Shown one piece after another: positions 36,594-45,585 of a DNA stretch of 64,000 bases; position 1 is the stretch's first letter; the number at the start of each line of letters is the position of its first letter. This DNA is from Lentimicrobiaceae bacterium (GTDB taxonomy: Bacteria; Bacteroidota; Bacteroidia; Bacteroidales; UBA4417). Location: contig JBGSUB010000033.1 in the NCBI GenBank assembly GCA_041753535.1, forward strand, positions 531 to 64,530, written 5' to 3'. The translations under genes and the position numbers were made by a program. The notes under the pieces were generated by a model. The model did not search any database. It was not told where the DNA came from and saw only the letters and a list, made by a program, of their open reading frames with translations.

Positions 36594-38546
36594 TCAATTC
36601 CTCACTATAAACTTTTCAGTTATTGAGAATTCGTGATGCTGAATCCTTAACACATAAAGTCCGGCTTGCAAAATTTCTGCGAAAGCTAAAACGCAGTTTC
36701 CCTCAGTCAGGACTCCTTGTTTTGTAAGCTGGCCTTTCTGACTATAAACCTGGTAGTTTGCCGGGAGAAGATCTGCTGGACAGGAAACCTGCATTTTTTC
36801 AGATTTGCTAAGTATTGTCGGGTATATTTTTATCCTTTCCAAATCTGTTTCAGCCACGCCGTTTGAACCTGATGTGGTTCCATAAACTTCAAATTCATAC
36901 ATCGAATAGCCCCAGGTTGTTGTGCGTTCGGTTCCATTCATCCGGATGTACCTTCCTGAACCCGAAAGAACTATATCATCAATTCGGGCACCAGCGGGCA
37001 TATTTGATTTTACCATTATGGTTTTCCAGTTCAGTCCGTTATCCGAAATTTCAATGGAGTAGGTTTTTGCGGAAGCGACTTCCCAATAAATAATAACCTG
37101 CGTGATGTCGTACTTTTTACCCAGGTCAACCTGGTACCATTGCGGATCGGCATAAGTACTCGACCAGCGGGTTGCAGGATTGCCATCAACTGCATTTGCT
37201 GCAATATTGCCCAGATTGTCTTCGGTTGACGATGCCGAATTTGGTTTAAGAAGCGAAATGGACGGCGACTTAATGGTTATAATAACCTGTGCAGATTCAG
37301 ATAAATTTATGCTGGTGGTAATGGTAAGTTTTATGGTATGAACACCCAGCGGAAGTGAGATGGTTGGCGAGATCCCGTTTGCAATTTCAATGTCATTTTC
37401 AGTCCACACATAGGATACAATTGTGCCTGAATCCGTTTTACTTGCCGAACCGTCGAGTTGAACCATTTCGGAACCATCGCCATCGGTGTCGAAAAGCAGC
37501 TGCGATGAGCCCGCCTTTGCTTTAGGTCCCGGCAGCAAATCGTCGAGTGTTAAAACTTTAGGATCATTATATACCGAGTTGATCCAATCAGCCGTATTTT
37601 TCCCGTTAGGCTGGCCCGGATCTTTGATCATGTAAGCCCAGGTAACAAAATATAGCCAGGGTTGCTGGGCGAACAACTGGGGATTAAACAGTTTCCCGTC
37701 TTCACCTATAGCAAAGAGTTTTCCTTTTGTGCCAAACAAGCTTTGGTACTGGCTCCACGATCCTGATAACTGGTTGTAATCGGGGTAATCCCAGGCAATT
37801 ATATCCACCACATCGTCGCCCGGATACCAGTTTTCCTTGGTAGTTCCATAGCTGTTCCAAACCCAAATAAGGTTATTGATTCCATGATGATTCACCATAC
37901 GGTCGTACATCATACGGTACAAAGCTTTACAGGCATCGCCGGTTTTTGCACCCCACCAGAACCATTTACCTTCGGCTTCGTGCAAAGGTCGCCAAAGCAG
38001 CGCGACACCCTCATTTTGCATTCGAAGCAGAAGTTCCGAAACGATATCGATATCGCGAACCAACAAATGATAATCTTCCGAAGAAGTATCACTCATAGCA
38101 GCAGCTACATCAAACGAAGTGTTTACTGTATAAAACGCCTGCCAGAGATTACCGGTAACCAACCGGGGTGCATCCCAGTGCCAGTGCATTTCGAGGATTC
38201 CGCCCTTGTTTTTCACCCAGTCGATACCCATATTGGTTGTGGCTTCCGGATCAGTTCCCATCGAAACCCTGAGTGGAGATGAATTCATGAAATCGAGCGA
38301 CATAATCGCGGGTTGCTGTCCGCCGCTTGCTTCGCTGATAACAGTTAGCCAATTTTCGGCCACATCTTCAAAAGCTTGTCCCGAAATTATCTTTTTGCCC
38401 TGAATGGAATCAAGAAATGCTTTCAGTTCTTTGGCTGGTTGTGTTGCATTCGGATTTACCAGGGGTTGTGATTTCGCCGTTTCGGCAAATGAAAAAAGCA
38501 GGATGAATGCTGAAACAACAACAAATAACTTCTTGAATTTTAGCAT
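36594..38546 (-). CDS. T9SS-secreted GH26 beta-mannanase with PKD-like and CBM32 (F5/8 type C) domains
   Basis: WHWDAP, LWRPLHEAEGKWFWWG, WYPGDDVVDI, AIGEDG; ANAVDGNPATRWSS...PQWYQVDLG...GRYIRM.GTERTT.WGYSMYEFEVYG; CTD IYPT...GLYVL...KFIV. Confidence 0.92.
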   Translation of the reverse strand: MLKFKKLFVVVSAFILLFSFAETAKSQPLVNPNATQPAKELKAFLDSIQGKKIISGQAFEDVAENWLTVISEASGGQQPAIMSLDFMNSSPLRVSMGTDPEATTNMGIDWVKNKGGILEMHWHWDAPRLVTGNLWQAFYTVNTSFDVAAAMSDTSSEDYHLLVRDIDIVSELLLRMQNEGVALLWRPLHEAEGKWFWWGAKTGDACKALYRMMYDRMVNHHGINNLIWVWNSYGTTKENWYPGDDVVDIIAWDYPDYNQLSGSWSQYQSLFGTKGKLFAIGEDGKLFNPQLFAQQPWLYFVTWAYMIKDPGQPNGKNTADWINSVYNDPKVLTLDDLLPGPKAKAGSSQLLFDTDGDGSEMVQLDGSASKTDSGTIVSYVWTENDIEIANGISPTISLPLGVHTIKLTITTSINLSESAQVIITIKSPSISLLKPNSASSTEDNLGNIAANAVDGNPATRWSSTYADPQWYQVDLGKKYDITQVIIYWEVASAKTYSIEISDNGLNWKTIMVKSNMPAGARIDDIVLSGSGRYIRMNGTERTTTWGYSMYEFEVYGTTSGSNGVAETDLERIKIYPTILSKSEKMQVSCPADLLPANYQVYSQKGQLTKQGVLTEGNCVLAFAEILQAGLYVLRIQHHEFSITEKFIVRN

Positions 38547-38598
38547 GTTTACATTTATTAATTACGAAAAAGACTTTTTAGGCTACACTTCCAAAGAT

Positions 38599-38784
38599 TC
38601 AGCGGTTGTATGATAAATTACCAGTCAGCACATTTTCGAGTTCGGTAATCATTAGTTTGTAGCAACCTGCTTTTATGGTTAACTTCAGATATTCGGGATT
38701 TGCGTTATCCTTGAATTTAAGTTTGCTGATTGATTCGGTTGTTGATTGCAGCTTTTTCTTGTATTCTTCCAATAGTGTTTCCAT
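38599..38784 (-). CDS. Small helical hypothetical protein (61 aa)
   Basis: Co-oriented ORF filling the gap in the operon; ATG after an A-rich leader; amphipathic helical pattern. Confidence 0.55.
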   Translation of the reverse strand: METLLEEYKKKLQSTTESISKLKFKDNANPEYLKLTIKAGCYKLMITELENVLTGNLSYNR

Positions 38785-38855
38785 TTTCTGAAATGTTTTA
38801 TGGATTGAAGGAAACCCGGGGTTTATTATGTATTTTACAACTATTCAGTTAGGGA

Positions 38856-39299
38856 TTATTTGTCCATTATAGCGAATGCCATTTTTACTATCTCAATATC
38901 GTTGAATCCCCTGAACCCGCTGAAACCTATAAAAAGCATGGTTCCATCCGCCAGAACTATGGGTTGACCGCCTTCCCAGCCGATCAGATCGGGCATGGAG
39001 ATGCCATATTTTTCTTCCCCGAATTCGCCATTGTATAGCTTTTGCTCATATTCACCGGTTTTCATACCGGTAATCCACACCTGGCTGGCTTTGATCCAGG
39101 CGTTTTTAAAGAACTGGCGGCCTTGTACTTTATCGGTTCCCCAGATTTTTCCGTACACATTTCCTGCTTCATCGAGTACACAAACGGCAACATTGCCATC
39201 AGCAAAAGCATCCTGTGGATTTGTAGAAAACTCAGGAATCAATTTTTCAAGCGTTGAGAAAAATTCGTCAATCAGAACTTGTAAGGATTGGCCAGCCAT
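38856..39299 (-). CDS. GlcG/HbpS-like protein
   Basis: VAVCVLDE.G, A..KA, GWEGGQPI...DG....IGFSG....D.EI pattern of the GlcG fold. Confidence 0.65.
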   Translation of the reverse strand: MAGQSLQVLIDEFFSTLEKLIPEFSTNPQDAFADGNVAVCVLDEAGNVYGKIWGTDKVQGRQFFKNAWIKASQVWITGMKTGEYEQKLYNGEFGEEKYGISMPDLIGWEGGQPIVLADGTMLFIGFSGFRGFNDIEIVKMAFAIMDK

Positions 39300-39319
39300 A
39301 ATAAAATGGTTTTAGGTTT

Positions 39320-42304
39320 TTATAAATCAATTGATCTGTATGTGTCCATATTAAAAGCTTTGAATTCGAATACAGGTTTTTCAAGCTGGCCCGAAAAAGC
39401 TGTTTTTACGGTTACAGTTTTCTCTTCGCCAGGCAACAGGCTGAAATAATTATCGCTCCAATAGGAAGGTAGTATTTCCTGTTGCGAATCTTTACCGGCA
39501 ATCCTGAGACCAAGCATAAAAGCAATGGTTTTACCGGTGTTTTTCAGGGTAATTTCAAATTCATTTTCGGCATTTCCTGCGATAGGTTTTATGGAAACTA
39601 CAACTTCAGGAACAGGCAGCGAATTCAAAGCAGTGTAATTATTTTCCTTGCTTATCCAATACAGGTTTTCGCTGAGTACTTTTCCTTCTGAATCCGAAGA
39701 AACAAGTTTCAGAAATTGCATTTCGCTTGTTTCCGGTACAATTATCCCAGCCTGTGCAACTTCATCTGATGCGGTATTTACAACCGTAGTTTTGCTCCAG
39801 GTTTCAGCCATTACAGTATTAAACAGGGTAGCCTTAATGCTGATTTTAGAAAGCGGTTTCGCCGTCATATTTACAAACGAAACACTCATATTATCCCTAT
39901 TAAGCTGCACATGAATGGCTTCGCCGGCTTTTTTGGTTCCGTAATATCCGGCATGTGCCTGCAGGTACCAGTCGTAAACCTGCCAGGTTGCGCTTGGCCA
40001 GCTGGAGTTTGATTTCCAAAGCAGGATGCCGCTTGCGCTGGACCACAACTGCCTGTTAATGGATTCGATACTGGCTCGGTACACATCGTAGTTTACAATC
40101 TGAGTTTTTAAGCTATATTCTTCAACACCTTTATAGCCTGAGGTATCGGGAGCACCGTAATAATTCCGCACTATATTGTCGTACGAAGTGAATTTCCGGG
40201 TATCGGTTCCCGGCCAGTCGTTCGCATCGTGGTAAGCCCAGGTACCATCAATCGGGAAACGGCCGGGCTGCCAGGTTTTTCCCATTTCAGGCATGAACTT
40301 TTGAATGCTTTGCAGAACAGGAATCCCGCTGGGGCCAATTTCGCTGCTGAAACCTGATAATTTCGGATGGGTAAAATAGTCTTTGGGTTCAAGAGTATGA
40401 TACGGACCTCCGCCATGCAGCCCGTCGCCATCGGATTGAGTAAGGTAATGACGATTTCCGCGGGCATCGTATTTTGCAAGAATGGAGTTTACAATCAGGT
40501 CTTCGCGCGGATTCGGGCCTTCGTTGCCGCCACACCAGATAATAAGTGATGGATGATTACGGTATTTTTTTACAATTCCGATGCTTGCTTTTTCGAAAAG
40601 AGAAATTTCGGGCTGATAGCCAGGCGTGTTTTTAAACGTTCCCCAGAAATCATTCAGGAAATCCTGCCACATAAGAATTCCATACTTGTCGGCAGCATCG
40701 TAAAGTGCTTTTGGAGCAACTCCCGTTGGCCCCCATACACGGAGAATATTGAGGTTCGCATTACGGGTAAGCAGTATTTCCTGCTCATAGCGTTCAGCAT
40801 TCCAGTTAAGCATCATATCAATAACCCAGTTGCCGCCGCGCAGGTAAATTTTCCGTCCGTTTATTTTAAACTCTCGCTCCCTGGCGCCGATATACGTTTC
40901 CATTTTGCGTATGCCAAAAGTTGTGGAAGCGCTTGCATTTTGTCCTTTGGAAGCTTCAGCTTTTAATGAAAGGGAATAAAGGTTCTGTTTCCCGTAACCG
41001 GCTGGCCACCAAAGTTTCGGATTTATAAGGCGGAGTTTTGGCGTATTGTTTTTATCAAGCAGTATTTCCCTGATTTCATTGGCTTTCAATAAAACGGGAA
41101 ACTCGAAATTGAATACCTCGGAACCAATGGAAACTAAACCTTTCAGAGTTGTTTTTAAAACAGATTTTGAATGATTTATCAAAGTTGCGGAAATGGTAAT
41201 ATCGGCTGAAGTTGTATCAGGCAGTTTCAGTTCGGAACTTACATACAGATCAGTAATTTCAACAGCTTCGGTTGTGCTGATAAAGACATCTTCGGTAATT
41301 CCCATATCGCGGTCGCGGACGGCAGGCTGCCAGTCCCAGCCCATTACATCCCATTTGGTGTAATCGCGGGCGATAGCGCCATCGGCCATATTCTGACCCG
41401 GATCAGCAAAAGGCGTCAAAGGCTCAGGCGCCGGTTTTCCCGGGTGGTTTGGAGGATAAATGGCAACGGCTATTGTGTTTGTCGAGCCCGGTTTAACGAA
41501 ACGAGTTATATCGAACCGGAAAACGCGTTCCATCCCGATCATTTCTGAAGTGTCGGCTATGCGTTTTCCGTTAAGCCAGACTTCAGCTTTGTAGTTTATC
41601 TCACCGAAATTGAGCCAGATCATTTTGCCTTTTAAACCGGTAGGAACAGTAAAGTCATTTCTATACCAATATGGATCTTTCCATGGATTTGTATTCGGGA
41701 TATGGCTGAATTTAAGAAGATCATAATCTTTATTATATTCGTCGCTGGCATCAGGAATCCACATATTATTCATTGAGACATACGGATTCGGATACAGTCC
41801 ATTGCGAACCAAGGCCGTAAGAACCGTTGCAGGAACGCTGGTTTTTGCCCAGTCTTTTGTGTCTGTTTTACCTTTTGAGAGTTTTGCGCCATCATTTCCT
41901 ACTTTCAATGAAGAAATTACCTTCCAGTTGTGCCGCAGCAAAACGGAACCATCGGGAACTACAGCCAGCGGCGCATCGTCAATTGTAAGCTTATGACGAT
42001 TACTTTCCAGGCGCTTCGATCCATCAACAGCCACTACAAACCATGTATGATCACCAAATGACAATGGAAAAGGAACGCAAGCATTCAGGTTTGGAGAAAT
42101 TTTATCCATCAATATGTCATCTATCCAAAGCTCGTAATGGTCACAGGAAACTCTTTGCCAGGAAAGGGTGGGCATATTGTTTGTAGTTTTCGATTTGTCG
42201 GCAGGAGCATAAAGTTTAAATGATTCCTGCGAAAACAATTGAAAAAATGCAACGGCCAGGAAAATGCTCAGGGATAGTTTTTTAAAGTTAGATGAGATGG
42301 GCAT
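39320..42304 (-). CDS. GH2 beta-mannosidase-like enzyme
   Basis: VPATVLTAL, WYRNDF, INYKAEVWLNG, GWDWQPAVRDR..GI, P.LWWP.GYG.Q.LY, FGIR, RGGNW, RNHPSLIIWCGGNE, FSSEIG, WSDNYFSLLPGE. Confidence 0.9.
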   Translation of the reverse strand: MPISSNFKKLSLSIFLAVAFFQLFSQESFKLYAPADKSKTTNNMPTLSWQRVSCDHYELWIDDILMDKISPNLNACVPFPLSFGDHTWFVVAVDGSKRLESNRHKLTIDDAPLAVVPDGSVLLRHNWKVISSLKVGNDGAKLSKGKTDTKDWAKTSVPATVLTALVRNGLYPNPYVSMNNMWIPDASDEYNKDYDLLKFSHIPNTNPWKDPYWYRNDFTVPTGLKGKMIWLNFGEINYKAEVWLNGKRIADTSEMIGMERVFRFDITRFVKPGSTNTIAVAIYPPNHPGKPAPEPLTPFADPGQNMADGAIARDYTKWDVMGWDWQPAVRDRDMGITEDVFISTTEAVEITDLYVSSELKLPDTTSADITISATLINHSKSVLKTTLKGLVSIGSEVFNFEFPVLLKANEIREILLDKNNTPKLRLINPKLWWPAGYGKQNLYSLSLKAEASKGQNASASTTFGIRKMETYIGAREREFKINGRKIYLRGGNWVIDMMLNWNAERYEQEILLTRNANLNILRVWGPTGVAPKALYDAADKYGILMWQDFLNDFWGTFKNTPGYQPEISLFEKASIGIVKKYRNHPSLIIWCGGNEGPNPREDLIVNSILAKYDARGNRHYLTQSDGDGLHGGGPYHTLEPKDYFTHPKLSGFSSEIGPSGIPVLQSIQKFMPEMGKTWQPGRFPIDGTWAYHDANDWPGTDTRKFTSYDNIVRNYYGAPDTSGYKGVEEYSLKTQIVNYDVYRASIESINRQLWSSASGILLWKSNSSWPSATWQVYDWYLQAHAGYYGTKKAGEAIHVQLNRDNMSVSFVNMTAKPLSKISIKATLFNTVMAETWSKTTVVNTASDEVAQAGIIVPETSEMQFLKLVSSDSEGKVLSENLYWISKENNYTALNSLPVPEVVVSIKPIAGNAENEFEITLKNTGKTIAFMLGLRIAGKDSQQEILPSYWSDNYFSLLPGEEKTVTVKTAFSGQLEKPVFEFKAFNMDTYRSIDL

Positions 42305-42328
42305 ACTATTTTTTTTAAGATGTTGACT

Positions 42329-43033
42329 CTATTTTGTGGGGCTTTCTTCGACTAAAAGGAAATCGAGGAATCCAAGGTTTGATCCCTTGTTGTATTTTAA
42401 TGTGAGTAATTGCACGCCTGCGGTTTCAAACACAATTTCACCCACGGTTGCCTGCGTCCAGTTATGCCAGTTGCCGGTATCTTCGGGTAACTGCAGTTTG
42501 CAGGCCAGCTGGTTATTTATCCAAAGTTCGGAACCATTATCCTTGTTGCCATAAATGGTGATGATGCGGTATTTGCCGGGTTTCATCACATTCACAGTAT
42601 AGTTGGTCCATTCGCCGTCTTCCTGCCAGCCGATATAGAGCTGGTTTACTTTCGGATCCACTTTGTTTGGATGGTTAAAATCAGCCCAGTCCTTCGTATA
42701 CGAAATATCCACACCTTCCTTTTCACGAAAAAAAGCAATATAAGCGGGAATCCCGGGGCGCCAGTGGCTGCCATACTCATGGACTTCGTGATTCAGTTTT
42801 GATCCTTCGTTTTCGGGAGTAACATCGTGATAGGCAATTCCTTCTCCACCCATATCGTAATAAGCCAATTCAACGCGACCGGGAATTACCTGTGGGCCCT
42901 GTGTATAAACTTCATCCTTAAACGGAAGGCCTTTGTAGTCTTTCGGAACCTGGGCAACTGCCTTAAGCTCGAATACATTTGCGAGCAAAAGCATCAGAAT
43001 TACAGTAAAAAAAGATCCGGTAGTTTTTAGCAT
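42329..43033 (-). CDS. Exported stand-alone CBM6-like carbohydrate-binding protein
   Basis: IPGRVE...YD.GGEGIAYHD....N, EGVDI, IGW..DGEWTNYTVNV..PG.Y, TG.W..W. Confidence 0.75.
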   Translation of the reverse strand: MLKTTGSFFTVILMLLLANVFELKAVAQVPKDYKGLPFKDEVYTQGPQVIPGRVELAYYDMGGEGIAYHDVTPENEGSKLNHEVHEYGSHWRPGIPAYIAFFREKEGVDISYTKDWADFNHPNKVDPKVNQLYIGWQEDGEWTNYTVNVMKPGKYRIITIYGNKDNGSELWINNQLACKLQLPEDTGNWHNWTQATVGEIVFETAGVQLLTLKYNKGSNLGFLDFLLVEESPTK

Positions 43034-43107
43034 ACTTATTTCGGGTTAAAAGCAATTAATTCACTTATAAATTTTTGTTCCAGATTATTCAAACGCTTTC
43101 ATAGACT

Positions 43108-44388
43108 TTACTTTTTTTCGTTCACCGATTTGTTTTCTTCCAAAAAACGAATCATTTCTATTGTATGATAAGCTGATTTTCCAATACTTCCTTTTAATTC
43201 GCTTGTAATCGGATTGTTATCTTTATCTACATAAAAGTACTCTCCATTATTATTAAAATCAGGAAAAGTATCGAAAAAGAAATGTTCTAATTGTTTCAAT
43301 TCTGAGGAGTATTGCCCTTCGCACAACGAAAGTGCGATTATGGCTTCGCAATGCTGCCACCATGTTTTTCTGTCATCAAGAATTTTATTAGTCAAAGGAT
43401 TTACCAGACTACAGAAGCCGTTGCCAAAGCTGTTATCAGTATATATTGGCTTTTTCAATGTTACGCCCAAGATTTCTTTTCCGCTTTTATAATAAACCGA
43501 TCTATCCAAATCTGAAATAAAATTCCACGACTTTGTTCTAAGCAGCAAAGAGGCAAGTTGAAAATTATGTCCTGGAGATACTGTAAAACATGGATCTTCT
43601 GCATGTGTATTTTTACAAACTGTCCATAAATCATCAAATTTTAAGTTAACCCAATTTGTTTGTTTATTCCAGGCTATTTGATTGATAATTTTCAGATTTT
43701 CTTTAATAACCGGTTCATATTTAGCTCTGTTTAATGTATCTGTAAGCCATAAATTTGCCATATAGGCAGTTATCGGATACATTAATGATTGTAAGGATTT
43801 GCTACCAGATATTTGACCTGCTTCAATGTTAAAATTTCCATATAAACCACCATTTATGGAGTCTTTAAATCTTAAAATTAATGCATCATGCATATCGTGA
43901 ATCTTTTTCAGTAATTCTTTATCAGAATTGTTACGATATAATTCTGTTAGCCCACAAAGCCCGTAGGCTTGTTGCCAAATATCTAAATCTCTAGATTCAT
44001 TTGGGTGCCCATTTTCGATATATGAAATAAAATACTCGCCAATAGAATCTCTGCCAACTAAATGATTTAAGAGAAAATCAGCAGCGTTTTTGGCTTTTTC
44101 TAAGTTTTCGGGATAATACTTCGATGAATATGACAATCCATAAATAATTCGACTTAGAGCAACAGTATATACTTTTTTCGATTTTATGTTACCCTCATTA
44201 TCAATTTCTGAATAGTAAAATTTCTCTTTTGAATTGAAAGCATGTTCATCAAAAAAAGTAATCAGATTTAACATTGTTTTTAAATACAATTCCGAAGATT
44301 TATCAGAAAATGTCGGTTTTTCTGTTGTTCCCTTACAGTTTAAATTAATCATTCCTATAAGAATTATTATTATAAGCGAGTTTTTCAT
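43108..44388 (-). CDS. Divergent AGE/cellobiose-2-epimerase-family (alpha/alpha)6 protein, probable lipoprotein
   Basis: Lipobox-like NLNC; SRIIYG, QQAYGL.GL.E.YR, SPGHNFQ, KTWWQHCEA, KSAYHT. Visibly more AT-rich than its neighbours. Confidence 0.7.
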   Translation of the reverse strand: MKNSLIIIILIGMINLNCKGTTEKPTFSDKSSELYLKTMLNLITFFDEHAFNSKEKFYYSEIDNEGNIKSKKVYTVALSRIIYGLSYSSKYYPENLEKAKNAADFLLNHLVGRDSIGEYFISYIENGHPNESRDLDIWQQAYGLCGLTELYRNNSDKELLKKIHDMHDALILRFKDSINGGLYGNFNIEAGQISGSKSLQSLMYPITAYMANLWLTDTLNRAKYEPVIKENLKIINQIAWNKQTNWVNLKFDDLWTVCKNTHAEDPCFTVSPGHNFQLASLLLRTKSWNFISDLDRSVYYKSGKEILGVTLKKPIYTDNSFGNGFCSLVNPLTNKILDDRKTWWQHCEAIIALSLCEGQYSSELKQLEHFFFDTFPDFNNNGEYFYVDKDNNPITSELKGSIGKSAYHTIEMIRFLEENKSVNEKK

Positions 44389-44589
44389 TTTTTGATTCTG
44401 TACAACGTCAAAAATTATTATTATAAATTGTCCTTTATTAAAATGCGTGGTAACGAAGTACTAGAATCATTTGGCAAACAAATCAAAACCGATGGAATTT
44501 AATATGATGAATGGTTAGCATTCTTTGTTTTAACTGATCACTATTTTGAGGCTCACCTTGGTGTTATTCCGAAGTCAATGTAAATCCAT

Positions 44590-45579
44590 TCATTTCAAAA
44601 TCTCCTCAATCCGCTGAAGTTCATCGGAAGAAAAATCCAACTTATTGAGCGATTCAAGGCTATTCTGTAATTGTGAAAATCTGCTTGCGCCAACCAGCAC
44701 TGATGTAATCCGTGGGTCTTTCAGTAACCAGGCAATAGCCATTTGAGCAAGGGATTGTCCGCGGTCCAGTGCAACGGCATTAAGTTTTCGGGCTTTTTCG
44801 ATATTTGCGGAGCTCACCTGGCCGGGATTTAACGAAGTATGTTCGCGTGAAGCCCGCGATCCTTCTGGAATGCCGTTAAGGTATTTATCGGTTAGCATTC
44901 CCTGGGCAAGCGGGGAGAAAGCGATGCAACCGGCTCCATTATTTTCAAGCACATCAAGCAACCCATTCTCAACCCAGCGCTCAAACATCGAATATTTGGC
45001 CTGGTGAATGATGAAATTAGTTTTCAGCTCTTTTAAAATTTGGATTGCTGCTTCTGATTGTTCGGCTGAATAATTCGAGATGCCAACGTACAATGCTTTC
45101 CCATGTTTCACAATCAGGTCAAGAGCCAGCATGGTTTCCTCAAGAGGAGTTTCGGGATCGGGGCGATGATGGTAAAAAATATCAACGTACTCAAGCCCCA
45201 TTCTTTTCAGGCTTTGATCGAGACTGGCAACAAGGTATTTCTTCGAACCAAAATCGCCGTAAGGCCCGGGCCACATATCGTAACCTGCTTTGGTGGAAAT
45301 TATCATTTCATCGCGGTAAGGCCTGAAATCTTTTTGCATCAACCGTCCAAAAGTTTCCTCAGCCGATCCGGGAGGTGGTCCGTAATTATTGGCCAGGTCG
45401 AAATGGGTTATTCCATTATCGAAAGCGTGGCGAAGTATGGAGCGACAATTGGCAAACACATCATACTCACTGAAATTCTGCCACAAGCCTAATGATATTG
45501 AGGGAAGTTTCAGTCCGCTTTTCCCACAACGACGGTAGGGCATATTACTATACCGCAATTCAGATGCTATGTGTTCCAT
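44590..45579 (-). CDS. mgrA: Aldo/keto reductase, L-glyceraldehyde 3-phosphate reductase (YghZ/MgrA-like)
   Basis: YRRCGKSGLKLP.ISLGLWQNF, GITHFDLANNYGPPPGSAE, STKAGYDMWPGPYG..GS.KYL.ASLDQSLKRMGLEYVDIFYHHRPD. Confidence 0.9.
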   Translation of the reverse strand: MEHIASELRYSNMPYRRCGKSGLKLPSISLGLWQNFSEYDVFANCRSILRHAFDNGITHFDLANNYGPPPGSAEETFGRLMQKDFRPYRDEMIISTKAGYDMWPGPYGDFGSKKYLVASLDQSLKRMGLEYVDIFYHHRPDPETPLEETMLALDLIVKHGKALYVGISNYSAEQSEAAIQILKELKTNFIIHQAKYSMFERWVENGLLDVLENNGAGCIAFSPLAQGMLTDKYLNGIPEGSRASREHTSLNPGQVSSANIEKARKLNAVALDRGQSLAQMAIAWLLKDPRITSVLVGASRFSQLQNSLESLNKLDFSSDELQRIEEILK

Positions 45580-45585
45580 GAAAAT

